Source: Emiliania huxleyi CCMP1516
Lineage: Eukaryota
Length of the DNA: 64,000 bases
Direction of reading: 5' to 3'
Assembly (NCBI RefSeq): GCF_000372725.1
Contig: NW_005202427.1
Span: 124,001-188,000 of the forward strand
Both the position numbers and the translations under genes were made by a program. This document shows, one piece after another, positions 21,934-33,296 of the stretch; positions within the stretch are counted from its first letter, which is position 1, and each line of letters starts with the position of its first letter. The notes under the pieces are model-generated. The model was given only the letters and a program-made list of their open reading frames with translations, ran no database searches and had not been told where the DNA came from.

Positions 21934-23637
21934 ATGTCGAATGACGACCGTATCAACCGCTCCATGTGGCCCATCGAGTACCGCAAGCCGCACGATGTCT
22001 CGTTCGACAAGAAGAAGACGATGATGCGCACCGTCACCACCTCGGGCTCAGGCGACGACGCGCGCGACGGCTCGGTGGTGCGGCTGCACTTCAGCGTGCA
22101 TGCGCCGGAGGAGGAGGGTGGCGAGCGGCTCATCTTCGACTCGGCGAGCGTCCAGCCGGGCGGCGTCTCCTTCACGCTCGGAGAGACGCTGCACGCCGAG
22201 GTGCTCGAGCGGGCGGTGCTCGGCCTCCCGCCGGGAAGCGTCGCCGACGTCATCTGCACCGACGCCGCGGCGGCGAGCGACAGCCTGCTGCGGATCGAGC
22301 CGCCTCCGCTGGGGCCACTCGCGACCGAGACAGTCACCGCGGTGCAGCGCAAGCAGTTCAGCGAGCAGATCGGCGCCTCCTTTATAGAGGAGAAGAATGC
22401 CGAGGTTCTGGCGGAGGCCAAGGCGCGTCGGGCCCGCCTCCGACCCTGCTCGCGCCGCGGCAGCCGGCCACGGCGACCACCCGTCCCCCTCCCAGGCGTG
22501 GCGGCCTCCCGCGACGATGACCCGCTGGAATGTCCGCCTCGACTCTGCGGTGCCCTCAGCGCCGCCTCCCGCAGCTAGCACCGCCCCTCTCCCGCAGCTA
22601 GCACCGCCCCGCCCCTCTCTCCCGGGGCAGCCCTCTCCCGGAAGCAGCGCCTTGCTCCTCCTGGAGTGGACCCTTGAGCGACAGCCCGACCCCCCGCCCC
22701 GACCGCACCCGCAGACCGCCGGAGTCGTCCCCGCCTTCATCACCTACCCGCCCGAGCGGCTCGACTGGTCCACACGCCAAAAGGAATTCGGCGCGACCTC
22801 CGCCTCGCCCGAGAGACACGCGGCCGCGCCGCTGCGCCCCGGCGCCCTCACGCGTCGAGCGGCCGCCCCTCGCCCCCGCGCAGGCGCCGTCCTCTTCGGA
22901 AAGGGCCAGCACGCGCGCGCCGGCCGGAGGTACAAGAAGGCGCTGCTCGATCTCGAGGCGATCTCGACTCGTCGCAGTGGTCGTCGGGGCTGCTCGTGTC
23001 GGAGAGCTGCTCGCCCGCACCTGTAGGTGCCGACGCAGTGGACCGAGGAGACAAACATCGAGCGGAACAAGCTCCGGCGTGCTCTCTACGCGCCCCTCCT
23101 CGCCCCTCCTCGCCCCTCTCGACTACGTGCAGAGGCGCGCCCTCACCGCCGCTCAGCCGGATAGGCTGGCGCTGCACCTCAACATCGCCGCGTGCGCCCT
23201 CCGCACCGCCGACTACGACAACGCGGTTTTCCACGCCACGCGCGCGCTGCGCACCGACCCCAAGAACGTCAAGGCCCTCTTCCGGCGTGCGAGTGCCGCC
23301 GTGTCGCTGCGCCCTGCCGCCCCAGCCTGCCGGCGGGAGCGCCTCATCGGCGGTGGCATCTCCGCTGCAGGCGCGCACCTGGCCAAGGCTGGCGACGTCA
23401 ACGGGCTCGAGGCGGCGCTGGCGGACCTCGGCCGCGCCCGCGAGCTCGACCCCGACAACCGCGATGCACCGCTCACATGGCGGACAGGGTGGGCTGGGGC
23501 GGCGCCTCACGCGCCGGCGCCGTGGGTAGGTGGCGGCCAAGCTGGCAGAGGCGAGGAGACGGCAAAAGGCGGCCGACAGGGACGCGGCCTCCGTCTTTTC
23601 GAAGATGGTGCAGCCGGCGGAGGCTATCTACTCGTGA
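21934..23637 (+). CDS. FKBP-like domain plus TPR repeat immunophilin-like protein (multi-exon)
   Basis: FKBP-like GSVVRLHF...FTLGE...LERAVLGL. TPRs LFGKGQHARAGRRYKKAL, LHLNIAACAL...DPKNVKALFRRA and ARELDPDNRD. C-terminal QKAADRDAASVFSKM. Several GC-donor introns. Confidence 0.82.
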
Positions 23638-23853
23638 GGAATTCACGTCTCAGATCAGGTGCTCTAGAGTGGGTCCGGATGACACCACAAACAACTCAGC
23701 GCGGTCTTTCTCACACACCGCGTCACTCACACTTATAGGAATATCTAGACACGTCGTGGACCCCAGTGGCACGACGGAAAATGCCCATCTTGCGAAACTG
23801 TCAAACCCTAGTTTGCGAGTGAACACACTCTATATAGTTAGTATAGAGTTTGA

Positions 23854-24776
23854 ACTGGTTGGGTAGTAGTCTAAGTTCTGAGCCTCGAGGCTGAGCGGGT
23901 CTAAGTGTGACTAGTCACGCTGGGGTGCTTACGCGGTCTAAGATCAGCGAGAGCCTCTTACATCGGCTAAGTCGGCCGTGGCACAGCCTGGGGCCAAGAG
24001 GCTCCCACCGTGATCAACGATACGGCGCTAGCCCCCAAATTTTCTTCGCCTGCGGCGGGCGCCTTCTAATCCGGATCGATCCTTCTCATGCTCAGCAATC
24101 GCCGCCTCAGCATCCTCCTCTTCCGATTCTCGTTGCTCTTCTTGAGCGCAATCTTCAAGCCAAACAGTTCTCACAAATAGCCTCAAGCTCAAACAAACGC
24201 ATGTCAAGGAAGCCTGTGTATGCTGGTCCTCTTTGAACGATCCGCGCGTGAGGTAGATCTAGCATAGGGCCTTGTTGGCAGCAGCCAGCTTGTTGCGCTG
24301 CTTCGTTGCGATGAGCTGATTGGGATCGCAGAAGTGCATGCCAAGCACCGCCACGATCTTGAAGCAGAACACATCGCAACCGCATCGTCCGCACTGCCAT
24401 CGGCATGCCGCGCCCGCCGCTTCGCCGCAGCCGCCTTAAGACACGCATAGCGGCAGCACATGGTACGGTGCGCGTACTTGAGCAGGAGTTGCGCGCCGCA
24501 AGTAGCGCACTGGCCCTGGGACAAGGCGATATGGCGTCGTGCGCGGCATACGTTGGTCGGGACGCGTCCAGGTATTTTTCGGGTAAACCTGGACTTTTGC
24601 AGGTATACCCGGGTTTTACCCGGATTTGGCCTTGTGCCGTCTAAGTTCATGGCCCCCGACCATACAGCGTCTAAGTCCGAGCCCGGCTCCGTGCGGGGGC
24701 TAAGTTGAGCGCTCGCTCGCTGTGCAGAGGCTAAGTGTAGAGCGACCGGACCCTCTAGCCCTACTACCCAACCATT
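23854..24776. mobile_element. Non-autonomous DNA transposon (family D)
   Basis: TIR TGGTTGGGTAGTAG (23856-23869) / CTACTACCCAACCA (24761-24774). Flanking GAGTTTGA at 23846-23853 and 24777-24784. CTAAG subterminal motifs. Confidence 0.75.
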
Positions 24777-25185
24777 GAGTTTGAGTGGCAAGGGTGCCGT
24801 CACCGTGCGCCGTGCGCCGTGGCTGCGAGAGGGCCTCCCGCCAGACCGCGGCTGGGCTGGAACGTGGACAAGGGGAGCTGGGAATGCACCTGCGGTACCG
24901 AGCGGAGAGGGGAGAGGGGCGGTGCCGACCCCAAAAACAGCCAAAAAAGCGAGAGACATAATTCATAAAGTCCCCTCTACATAATAAACTATCTAGAATG
25001 TATGCCATTTGTTACATGCGCCATGCGATACATCTTCTCCTCGCACGCTAAGATTCCTCAAAGAGCGGAGAGATTGAGAGCGCGAGCTCGAAACCAACTG
25101 GCTGCTTGTGGGAAGTTTCCCACACCAGCAGTTGTAGGCCATTCACGTCGAATAGCGAATGCCGCCCAAATTATGGGGGCCGCGC

Positions 25186-26295
25186 TCAGCCCGCGGCGAC
25201 GTTCTTCTCGGGGCTGTGTGGCGCCGCGGCGAGCACGAGCCCGGGCAGGTTCGCGTGGGAGAGCAGGTGGCAGCCGCTCGCGACGGCGCAAAAGGGCAGC
25301 GTTGCGATCGGTATGCCGAGCGACGCAGCGACCGCGCCTTTGGCGCCGCCGAAGACGGCTGCCGTCGCCACGGCGCCGCCCGTCGCGAGCGCCGCCGCCC
25401 CCGCAGACGGCACGTAGAAGACCGAGACGGCGAGGGCCGTGAGCGATGGGTTAAAGCCCCACAACCCCGTCGCTATCTCGGCGGCGGGAGCGCCGAGGAG
25501 GTACCCGGTGCCGGCGCCGACCGCAGAGCCGTATGCGGCGGCGACGGCGCATGCGGGCGAGTAGAGGGCGGTTGCGCCGAGGATCATCGCGCCCGAGACG
25601 GCGTCGCCAACCACAAAGATCTGAGCCACGCCCGCGAGGGGCGACAGCACCCACTCGACGGCAGAGAGGGCGGCAGCCGGGTCGGCGGGCGGCGCGCCGG
25701 CGAGCGGGCGTATGACGGCGAGGGAGGCGAGCGCGATCGTATTGAAGGCCCATGTCCACTGCGGCACGCCGCCACAGAGCGGCTTGAGCGCGGCGACCAG
25801 CGGCGCCGTCAGGGCAGCGCCTCCGACCGCAGCCGCGGCCGCCGCCGGAGAGCCGGCGGGTAGGCCGAGGAAGACCGCAAAGGCGCAGCCGACGAGGCAC
25901 CCGTTGTAGCCGTACAAGCCCGCCGAGATGGCAGCCGCGTCGAGGCCGGCCACGCGAGCCGTCGCTGTGGCCGAGGCGGTGCCAGCGGCTGCCAGGGCGC
26001 CCAGCCACGGGTCGCCGTAGACGAGCGCCGCGAGCGTGAGCGCGCCCGACGCGGGAGAGTTGAGGAAGATGACCTGGCCGACGCCGCGAAGGCACTCATC
26101 CAGAAACGGCGGCAGGAGCGTGCCGGCCTGTGGCGCAGCGGCGGCCTTTGGCGCTCCGCGGTCCTCGGCCGAGGAGGAGGAGCTTGCAAACCGCCGAGGG
26201 AGGCTGCGGCCGGAGGAGATTCTGGAGCCCAGGCGCCGAGTAGCGGCTACGGCCGGGAGGCGACGCGGACAAAGGAGGCGCAGCCCAGCCTGCAT
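25186..26295 (-). CDS. Urea transporter, UT/SLC14 family
   Basis: LRGVGQVIFLNSPASG, GLYGYNG, GVAQIF, GLWGFNP and TLPFC motifs with two-fold internal repeat. ATG at 26295 followed by an Arg/Ser-rich presequence. Confidence 0.92.
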   Translation of the reverse strand: MQAGLRLLCPRRLPAVAATRRLGSRISSGRSLPRRFASSSSSAEDRGAPKAAAAPQAGTLLPPFLDECLRGVGQVIFLNSPASGALTLAALVYGDPWLGALAAAGTASATATARVAGLDAAAISAGLYGYNGCLVGCAFAVFLGLPAGSPAAAAAAVGGAALTAPLVAALKPLCGGVPQWTWAFNTIALASLAVIRPLAGAPPADPAAALSAVEWVLSPLAGVAQIFVVGDAVSGAMILGATALYSPACAVAAAYGSAVGAGTGYLLGAPAAEIATGLWGFNPSLTALAVSVFYVPSAGAAALATGGAVATAAVFGGAKGAVAASLGIPIATLPFCAVASGCHLLSHANLPGLVLAAAPHSPEKNVAAG

Positions 26296-26858
26296 GTCCC
26301 AACCAACAGGCGCTTGTTGGGGTACAGCCTCTTTGGGGGTTGTTACAGAAAGAAATAAGCCCCGCAGCTGAGCTGGGAATATGACCGCCGCAAGCGGCGT
26401 GGCGTGGAGCGGTTGAGCATCCCTCCGGGGGCCCCTCTGCGCCGGGGAGGCGTTGTTGGAGGCTAGGACGCAAGCGTCCGTGCCCCTTTTCAAACTCGGG
26501 GCCCACTCCGCTACGCTCCGACCCGAATTTGGAGGGCCTAAAATTTTAAGGTGTTGCTGCGCAAAAGGGGTCGGACACAGGGCGCAGCTCATGCTAAGAG
26601 CTAGAAGGGGAGATTCATAGAGAGAGAACAACCACCCTGCCCCGTTATTGCGTACACCAGAGAGAAGAGAGCGCGCCGCGCGACCCGCGTCGCTCCGCGA
26701 GGGCATGAGCCTTCCGCGATTCGATCCCGCAGCCAAAAGCTGCTCGCTCGAACCGCGGCCGACTCTACCATCGCGGCTGCAGCTGTCGAGCTCTCCAGAA
26801 AACTGGTGCCTCATATGCTGCCTCCCTGCGGATGCTGCCGGCGAGCCTGGCGGTCCGC

Positions 26859-27282
26859 TGTACTACAAGGATGTGCTGACTCGATTCTACCTCGAATTCT
26901 TCTACCCCCACGACTCGGAACGCGAATGTGACAGGACCATCGGGTCCTTCAGCCACCAAAGCGGGATCACCCGAGAGCAGCTGAGCCTGCCTCTGGCCTC
27001 GCCTCCCTCTCCTTCAGGCATTCGTGGCATCCTATGGGTCGTCCAGAGTATCGACCTCTGGCTTGTCAGCCGCCCCATCGAGGGCACCATGAAGTACAGC
27101 GATGCCACCTCGCTGGCCTCTCCGCAAGGCCCCCCGACCGCGTCGAACTCATCGGCGCGGGCTCCCTCGGCTACGGGACCGGCCCCAGCTTCGGCTGAGG
27201 GCTAACAAGCTGCCGAGCCCAAAAGCCAAATCACTGTGAGAGTCGTGATTTCTTGTTGGTTTCCTAAAATCTCTCTCTCTCC
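26859..27282 (+). mobile_element. Longer copy of family A element, (CT)n end
   Basis: Shares sequence with 7754-7902 and 34780-34862 and ends AAAATCTCTCTCTCT. The 5' boundary is uncertain. Confidence 0.55.
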
Positions 27283-27819
27283 CAGAGAGAGACTAAAAGT
27301 ACGTACACCAGAAACACAACAACCACAAAAGCTCTCTCTCTCTTGTGCCTGTCCAGTGTCCTCACTTAGAAAACTAGGACGGCGGCAGTCATGGTGCTAT
27401 TACGGGCATGGATCAGTGGAAAGTGTGGAGAGGGTGGTATGCGATAGTAGAGCAGGCGCTTTGTGTGTGAGGCTGCCCCCCAGAAAAGAATTTCAAACAG
27501 CACACGAGGCACGGGACTGGCGCGCACTTGCAGCACTAACACACACAGGTAACAACAAACAAATGATTTGTGAGTGTTGATGTTTGTGAGTTGTTTGGTA
27601 TTGCGAATAATCTCTCTCAGGTACACCACACGGGAGCCGCCTAAGCGCCCAGAAAAGAATTGTACCTTGCGCAGGAAAGTTACTCCAAAATTAGTTCTGT
27701 GCATGGATTGTGCTCTTTTTAAGGCTTTATGTGAACAGCGCTGACTTCTGACTGTCATTGCTGTCTCTCCCTTCTCGACTATCTGTGCTTGTGCGTCTTG
27801 GGTCCGGGGTTGTGTTTTT

Positions 27820-28577
27820 CTGTGAACAGCGTCTTGGGTCCGGGGTTGTGTTTTTCAGGAAAAAAGCAGGTCGGATGTCGTAGACACGCCCGACATGGCC
27901 GAACGGCGCGCGGCGGCGATGCTGGCGGCCTCGCTGCTGACGTTGCCAGCCGCGCCGCTGGCACGTCGATCGCCACTGTCACCACGTCTCTCGCCGCGGT
28001 GGAGCTCTGCGACGAGGACGTGGCAATGCGCTGCTCTGCTCAAAGCGATGCTGGCTCTGCTGCCGACCCTGAGTGGGAGGCAGTGCTGGCGCAGCAGATA
28101 GCAGAGGAAGCAGAGGAAGCGGAGCTCTACTGCCGCTTCGAGCGCCGTGGCGACGACTACAACATGTACAGCGAGGAGGAGGAGGAGGAGGATGGCCATG
28201 CTGCTGTGCAGGGCGTGGCTGGGAAGGTGAACGAGCCGCTCGAGGAGCGGGACGAGTCGGCTCGTGTCACCGGTGGAGGATTCAGTATGCCGCAGGCGGC
28301 TCCCCGTGACCAACCAAAGCCACCCCTCTTCTCAGATCAGTGCTTGCACCGATACCTGAATCCTCTGCCGCTCCCAGCCGTGCTCGCCGAGCCTCCGCCG
28401 CCTCCACCTCCGCCTTCAATATCAATGTCCCACCCCCCTCCGCGCGGGCCTTCTAGGCCCGCGGGTAGTCTCCCCCCATCCCCAGGGCCTCCAGGGCTCG
28501 CACCTCAACCTCTCATAGACCAGCGCAAAGCGCCATAGGACGTATTTCCTTCTCAATAACAAGGTCTGTGAACAGCG
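27820..28577 (+). mobile_element. Putative element bounded by direct repeat CTGTGAACAGCG (family E)
   Basis: Repeat at 27820-27831 and 28566-28577. The right end (28474-28565) is repeated at 35480-35570 and partly at 28882-28917. Confidence 0.45.
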
Positions 28578-28949
28578 AACCAAAAAGACAAAAATATAGT
28601 ATCAAAGCTAGTCAGAGCACCGTCCAAAGGCGGGTGCTGTCGACAAAGGGACAATCTCGTCTGTCTGTAGCCGAACTTGTGATGGGACACCCTCGGAACC
28701 CAACTGCGTACTACTTGGCTAGCACGCTATTGGCATACCAGGTCTGAACACAAAGGATTAGCTGTATCTACCCAGCGCTCCGCTTACACTAACCTGTGAA
28801 GCGTGAACAGCGCCAGGAATTTCAACAGCATTCCTTGAACGATCACAGTGGCGTCCTCCGACGCCGCAGCGAGCCTGAGCTCGTATTCCTTCTCAATAAC
28901 AAGGTCTGTGAACAGCGCGCCCTGTTTGAGAGAGCTGTACGCCCAGCCC

Positions 28950-30370
28950 ATGTTCATTCTCTCCTCCCTCCTTTGTGCGCTCGTCGCCTCCCCGCCCGAG
29001 GCTTGCAAGGCGCTCCGAGGCTTCTACGATGCCATCGGCGCGAAAGACAAATCGCCGTCCTTCAAGGACACGAGCTCGACCTGCTGCGCCTTTCTCGACG
29101 TGTGCGCTCTCACCCTCGCCGCAGGCCGCTCCCCTGCCCTCACGGCCAGGCCCTTCGCGCGCAGGTGAGATGCACGCAGCCGGATGGCTCACCCAGCCCG
29201 CCCCTCGGCCAAAAAGAAGGGTGGAAAGCGGGCGCCACCCTGACCAAGATCAAATTCCGGGGCGGCACCGAGCTTGGCGGTAGCGGCACGCTGCCCGGCG
29301 CCCTGCTGCTACCGCTCGCCGGCACGCTCGAGTACCTCGACTTGGGCAAGGATGGGGACCGCTCCTTCTCGGGCACGCTGCCTGCGGAGCTTGCCCAGCT
29401 CACCGCGCTCCAAAAGCTGAGTCTCACCACCGGCAAGTTCAGCGGCACCATTCCGCACCAGCTCGGCCGGCTTCCCGCGCTGGAGAAGTTGACGCTCCTC
29501 TCCAAGCGCCTCTCGGGGACGGTCCCGGGCGAGCTTTGCCACAGGTCGGACGGCTCGCTCAGGAAACTGGTTCTCGACGACAACGTGAAGCTCTCGGGCG
29601 CGCGCGGCGCCGGCGGGAGGTCCGGGCTCGGCGGGCGGCCCAGGTGACGAGTGGGCCGGGCCGTGTCCCGCGTAGGAACGCTGCCGCCCGAGTGCTTCCT
29701 CTTGCCCACACTCGAGGCGCCGCCGCTCCTCACCGCCGCCCTTGGCGCCGCTGCACTCGGCTCTGCCGCCCTCGGCCGCAAACCATATCCCGCGCTCGGA
29801 TCTCCGCCGCCGCTCCTCCTTGCTCCACATGCTCTCCACAACGCCACGCCGCAGCCCAGACGCTAGGCCAGCGCGTCTCCCCCCTCCCGCCGCGCAGGAA
29901 ATCTCCGCCAAGAAGACGCGCATCTCCGGCACGCTGCCATCTCGGGCACGCTGCCAGGGGGGCGTCATCTCGTGCAGCGTCATGTCGCCTCCACTGCCGC
30001 CTCCACCGCCGCCTTCACCGCCGCCGCCGCCTTCACCGCCGCCGCCGCCTTCACCGCCATCGTTGGCCTCTGACACGGCTGTCGTCGTCCTCCTCATCTG
30101 TGCGATCGCCATCCCGGCCGCGGCCTGGCTGTTGTACACCCTGTGCAAGCGCGTCGCCATCACCTCGACGGTGCGCCTTGGGCCGCACCACACCCTCCCC
30201 CGGCCGCTACTCCCCCCCCCCCCCACACACACACACCTTTTCACACACACTGGCCCCCACATCGCGCGCGCCGCCGCCTCGGCCCCTTTCCCTCCCCTCA
30301 GGTGGTGGTTCCAAAGATGACCGAGCTCGACTCCGCGGCGGTGGCCTTAGCCCGCAGAGACCTCGGGTAG
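28950..30370 (+). CDS. Plant-type LRR membrane protein (signal peptide, LRRs, SP-rich stalk, TM, short tail; multi-exon)
   Basis: Signal peptide MFILSSLLCALVA. LRRs FSGTLPAELAQLTALQKLSL, FSGTIPHQLGRLPALEKLTL and LSGTVPGEL. PPPS stalk and TM VVVLLICAIAIPAAAWLLY. Confidence 0.8.
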
Positions 30371-30914
30371 GGTGCCCGCCCGGCTGCGGCTCGCACTGAG
30401 TGCGACTGCTTGTGAGCAGGTGGAGCACATCCCGGAAGGGGAGGCAAGGCCGACGCACTACAACTGAGAGGGTCGTGCTAGTTTTCGGCGTGAGGGCGCG
30501 GTGCCCATTCCGCATTCAACCATGCATTGCTTCGACCATGCATGCAGGCTGCCCACCACCGACACCGCGGCCGTGCTATTTAATAATTTCCCCTATTTCG
30601 CACACATCGCGGGCGCATCGGCACGGGGCAAAACCCAAACAAAACGGAGAGGCTTTTTTGCACGCCCCGCAGCACATCTCACGAGAAATGGACAGGACGC
30701 GGCACTCTGCCGCCGGCGATGCGCGAACGGGACAACGGTGGGGCGGTATGTGTCTCTGGGCGATAAAAGTGTGATCACAGGCCGGTCGTCCCCAAGTGTG
30801 AAGTGAGAGCAGAGTCCACAGTCGTGAGACTGTGACTCAAGTCCGAGGGCGAGCTCTGGCCTACGCACGCTCTGGCTCTCTCCTCTCTCCACTGTCCACA
30901 TGTTCTCCAGCTCG

Positions 30915-32204
30915 TTACTCGTCGTCCCGCAGGAGGAGGTGCGGCATGACGTGGGCGCGCCATACCTCCAGCGGCAAGCGGCGCGAGTGGCGGGCCGCGG
31001 CGCCGAGCCAGAGCAGCTCCACGGCGCGCGCGCGCACTGCCGCCGGAAACAGATGGTGCGAGTGCGGGGTCCAGGGCGCGTCCGCTTGCAGCACTAGCGC
31101 GGCGGCGGCGGCGCCGGCTTCAGCGCCTTCGCCCTCGGCGGCCCGCGTTTGGAGGATGGCCCTGGCGCGTTCGAGCGGCGTGACCGCACCAGATGCTGCG
31201 CCCGAACCGGAGGCTGCGGGCGCGCGCACAGAAGCGCCGGCGCGGAGGAGGGACGAGGCTCGCGCGGCAGTCAGCTGCTCGAGGTGGTGGAGAGGTGTCC
31301 AGCCGCGGCTCCGCACGAGCCACGCGTGCAGCTCCACCCAGCCACGCGTCTCCGCGACCGCCTCCGCCTCCAGCCGCGGCTCCTCCGCGACCGCCAGCCT
31401 CCTTCCGCCCACGCGCGACGCGCCGAACGAGGAGAGGGCCGCAGCGCAGGCCAAATGGCCCCGCAGCACCGCGACGAGCATCGGAGTCCAGCCCTTGTCG
31501 TCTGCGGCGTCGATCTCTGCGCCGCCCTCGCAGAGGAGTGAGCAGCACCCCGCGGCTCCCTGCTGCGCGGCGACGTGCAGCGCCGTCAGGCCCGTCGCTG
31601 ACCGGCAGGTCAGGTCGGCACGCGCATGCAGCAGGGCGGCACAGCACTCGTCGTGGCCGCGAAAGGCGGCGAGCCGCAGCGGCGAGGCCAGTTCGACGTC
31701 GGCGCCTCCCTCGCAGAGGACACGCACGCAGTCCGCGCGCCCCTCTTGCACCGCGGCCTTGAGCGCCGTGAACCCCGAGGCCGACTCGAGGTCGACGGCG
31801 GCGCGCGCGACGACGAGGAGGCGGACGCACGGCTCGTGGCCCTGGTGCGAGGCCAGGTGGAGCGCCGTGCTGCCGTCCGGTAGGCGTTCGTCCAGACCAG
31901 CGCCAGCCCCGCACAGTGCAGTCGCGCAGGCTGCGTGGCCGCCGATGCAGGCTGCGTGCAGCGCGGTGCTTCCATTGGACGTGGCGTGGTTGATCGAGGC
32001 GCCAGCAGCGAGAAGAGCTTGCACGCAGTCAGCGTGGCCCTCTCCGGCGGCCAGCAGCAGCGGCGTGCGGCCGCAGTTGTCTGTGATGTCAACAGGCGCG
32101 GCAGAGTCAACTAGTAGCGCGGTAAGCGCGTCGGCGTCGCCCGTTTCTGCAAGGTTGTGGATTCGCGGGCGCCCATCGCGCCCACGCGTGCCAGTTCTAG
32201 GCAT
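30915..32204 (-). CDS. Ankyrin repeat protein
   Basis: Repeated GRTPLLLAA / GSTALHAAC / GSTALHLAS / GLTALHVAA / GWTPMLVAV motifs. C-terminal WTPHSHHLFP...LPLEVW module. Confidence 0.9.
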   Translation of the reverse strand: MPRTGTRGRDGRPRIHNLAETGDADALTALLVDSAAPVDITDNCGRTPLLLAAGEGHADCVQALLAAGASINHATSNGSTALHAACIGGHAACATALCGAGAGLDERLPDGSTALHLASHQGHEPCVRLLVVARAAVDLESASGFTALKAAVQEGRADCVRVLCEGGADVELASPLRLAAFRGHDECCAALLHARADLTCRSATGLTALHVAAQQGAAGCCSLLCEGGAEIDAADDKGWTPMLVAVLRGHLACAAALSSFGASRVGGRRLAVAEEPRLEAEAVAETRGWVELHAWLVRSRGWTPLHHLEQLTAARASSLLRAGASVRAPAASGSGAASGAVTPLERARAILQTRAAEGEGAEAGAAAAALVLQADAPWTPHSHHLFPAAVRARAVELLWLGAAARHSRRLPLEVWRAHVMPHLLLRDDE

Positions 32205-32301
32205 GAAAGGGAGCCGGCTGGCGCAGATAGTAAGGTGCCGGAGTCGCCGTTGTAGCCCGCAGAATATTTGGCTGTCACCAGCGCCTGTCGCAACAAATGG
32301 A

Positions 32302-32636
32302 TTCCGGCTCCTACCAGATAGGGGGTCAGTCCCACGGTTAGACCCTATGCAATAGGTAGGTAGGTCCGGTTTTGACCGCCCCAGAGGGCCCCGCAATAGG
32401 TAGGTAGGTGGTGGTGTGTGTGTGGGGGGGGGGGGACGGCGCGTTTAGCCGCGAACAGGGCCGTCCAACGCACAGAGGGCTCAACGGGTATTTTTCGCTT
32501 CGCTGCGCGGCCCCGCAAAATAGGTAGGTAGGTGGGGCACGGAGCCCTGGCGGTTGGCGCCCGGAATAGGTAGGTAGGTAGGGCGTTTTGGTGCGAGTCA
32601 TGGGGATCAGACCCCCTATCTGGGTAGGAGCCGGAA
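32302..32636. mobile_element. MITE with ~30-bp TIRs and internal TAGGTAGG motifs
   Basis: TTCCGGCTCCTACCAGATAGGGGGTC (32302-32327) vs GACCCCCTATCTGGGTAGGAGCCGGAA (32610-32636). Confidence 0.72.
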
Positions 32637-33296
32637 CCCCGGGGCTAGTGTGCGAAAAGAAACACTCGCGACTTTTTTTACCTGCTTCGAGGTCCCTTGG
32701 CATGTCTGTTTTCTTTCTTTCTTTCTTTCGAGGTCTCGAGATACACAAAGCGGCCAAGCCGAGGCACACACACTAGGTGCGGGGTGTGCCCGCCCGAACG
32801 AATATGTTGTTTCCCCCTATTTAACCCCTCCACGCTATCCACGCTCACACAGCACGACGAAGACGACGTGCACACTGGCATCGCGGATGGAGTGAGACGC
32901 ATTGTGGGCCAGTGCTTCGTTCCTCTTCTGTCCTGCGTCCACCCATAGCCATACCGCGTTGGTGTCCAGTCCGAGCCAGACTGTTCTTCGCCTTTCTATC
33001 AATCAATCAAGTGCTTGAAAGCATAACGCCATTGTCCTGTCTGTCTGTCTGTGGGAATATCAGACAGAAGAGAGAGCGCTGCTTAGCACAAACAAACAAA
33101 CAAACAAACTCTCTCTCTCTCTCTCTGATTTAGAAGCGGGGGCACTTTTGGAGCAAGCAAGTGCCGAGTTTTTAAGCACCCCGCCCTGCCTACCTATCAC
33201 AGGTTCACAGGGACCGCAAACGAAGCGACTCCCAGTGAACCTAGCCGTGAACGCGCTCGAATTCAGAACTTGGCGAGCCCGGCCCCACCCACAATC

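Noticed and set aside
26296..26814. N-terminal extension of the urea transporter ORF
   Set aside because: Non-coding-like composition, running towards repeat-derived sequence. ATG 26295 is the more plausible start.
27789..28538. Acidic 249-aa ORF as a host gene
   Set aside because: It starts in a tandem duplication, ends in a dispersed repeat and has no motif. It may be element-derived.
32205..32396. N-terminal extension of the ankyrin ORF
   Set aside because: It overlaps a MITE terminal repeat and begins at a non-ATG codon.
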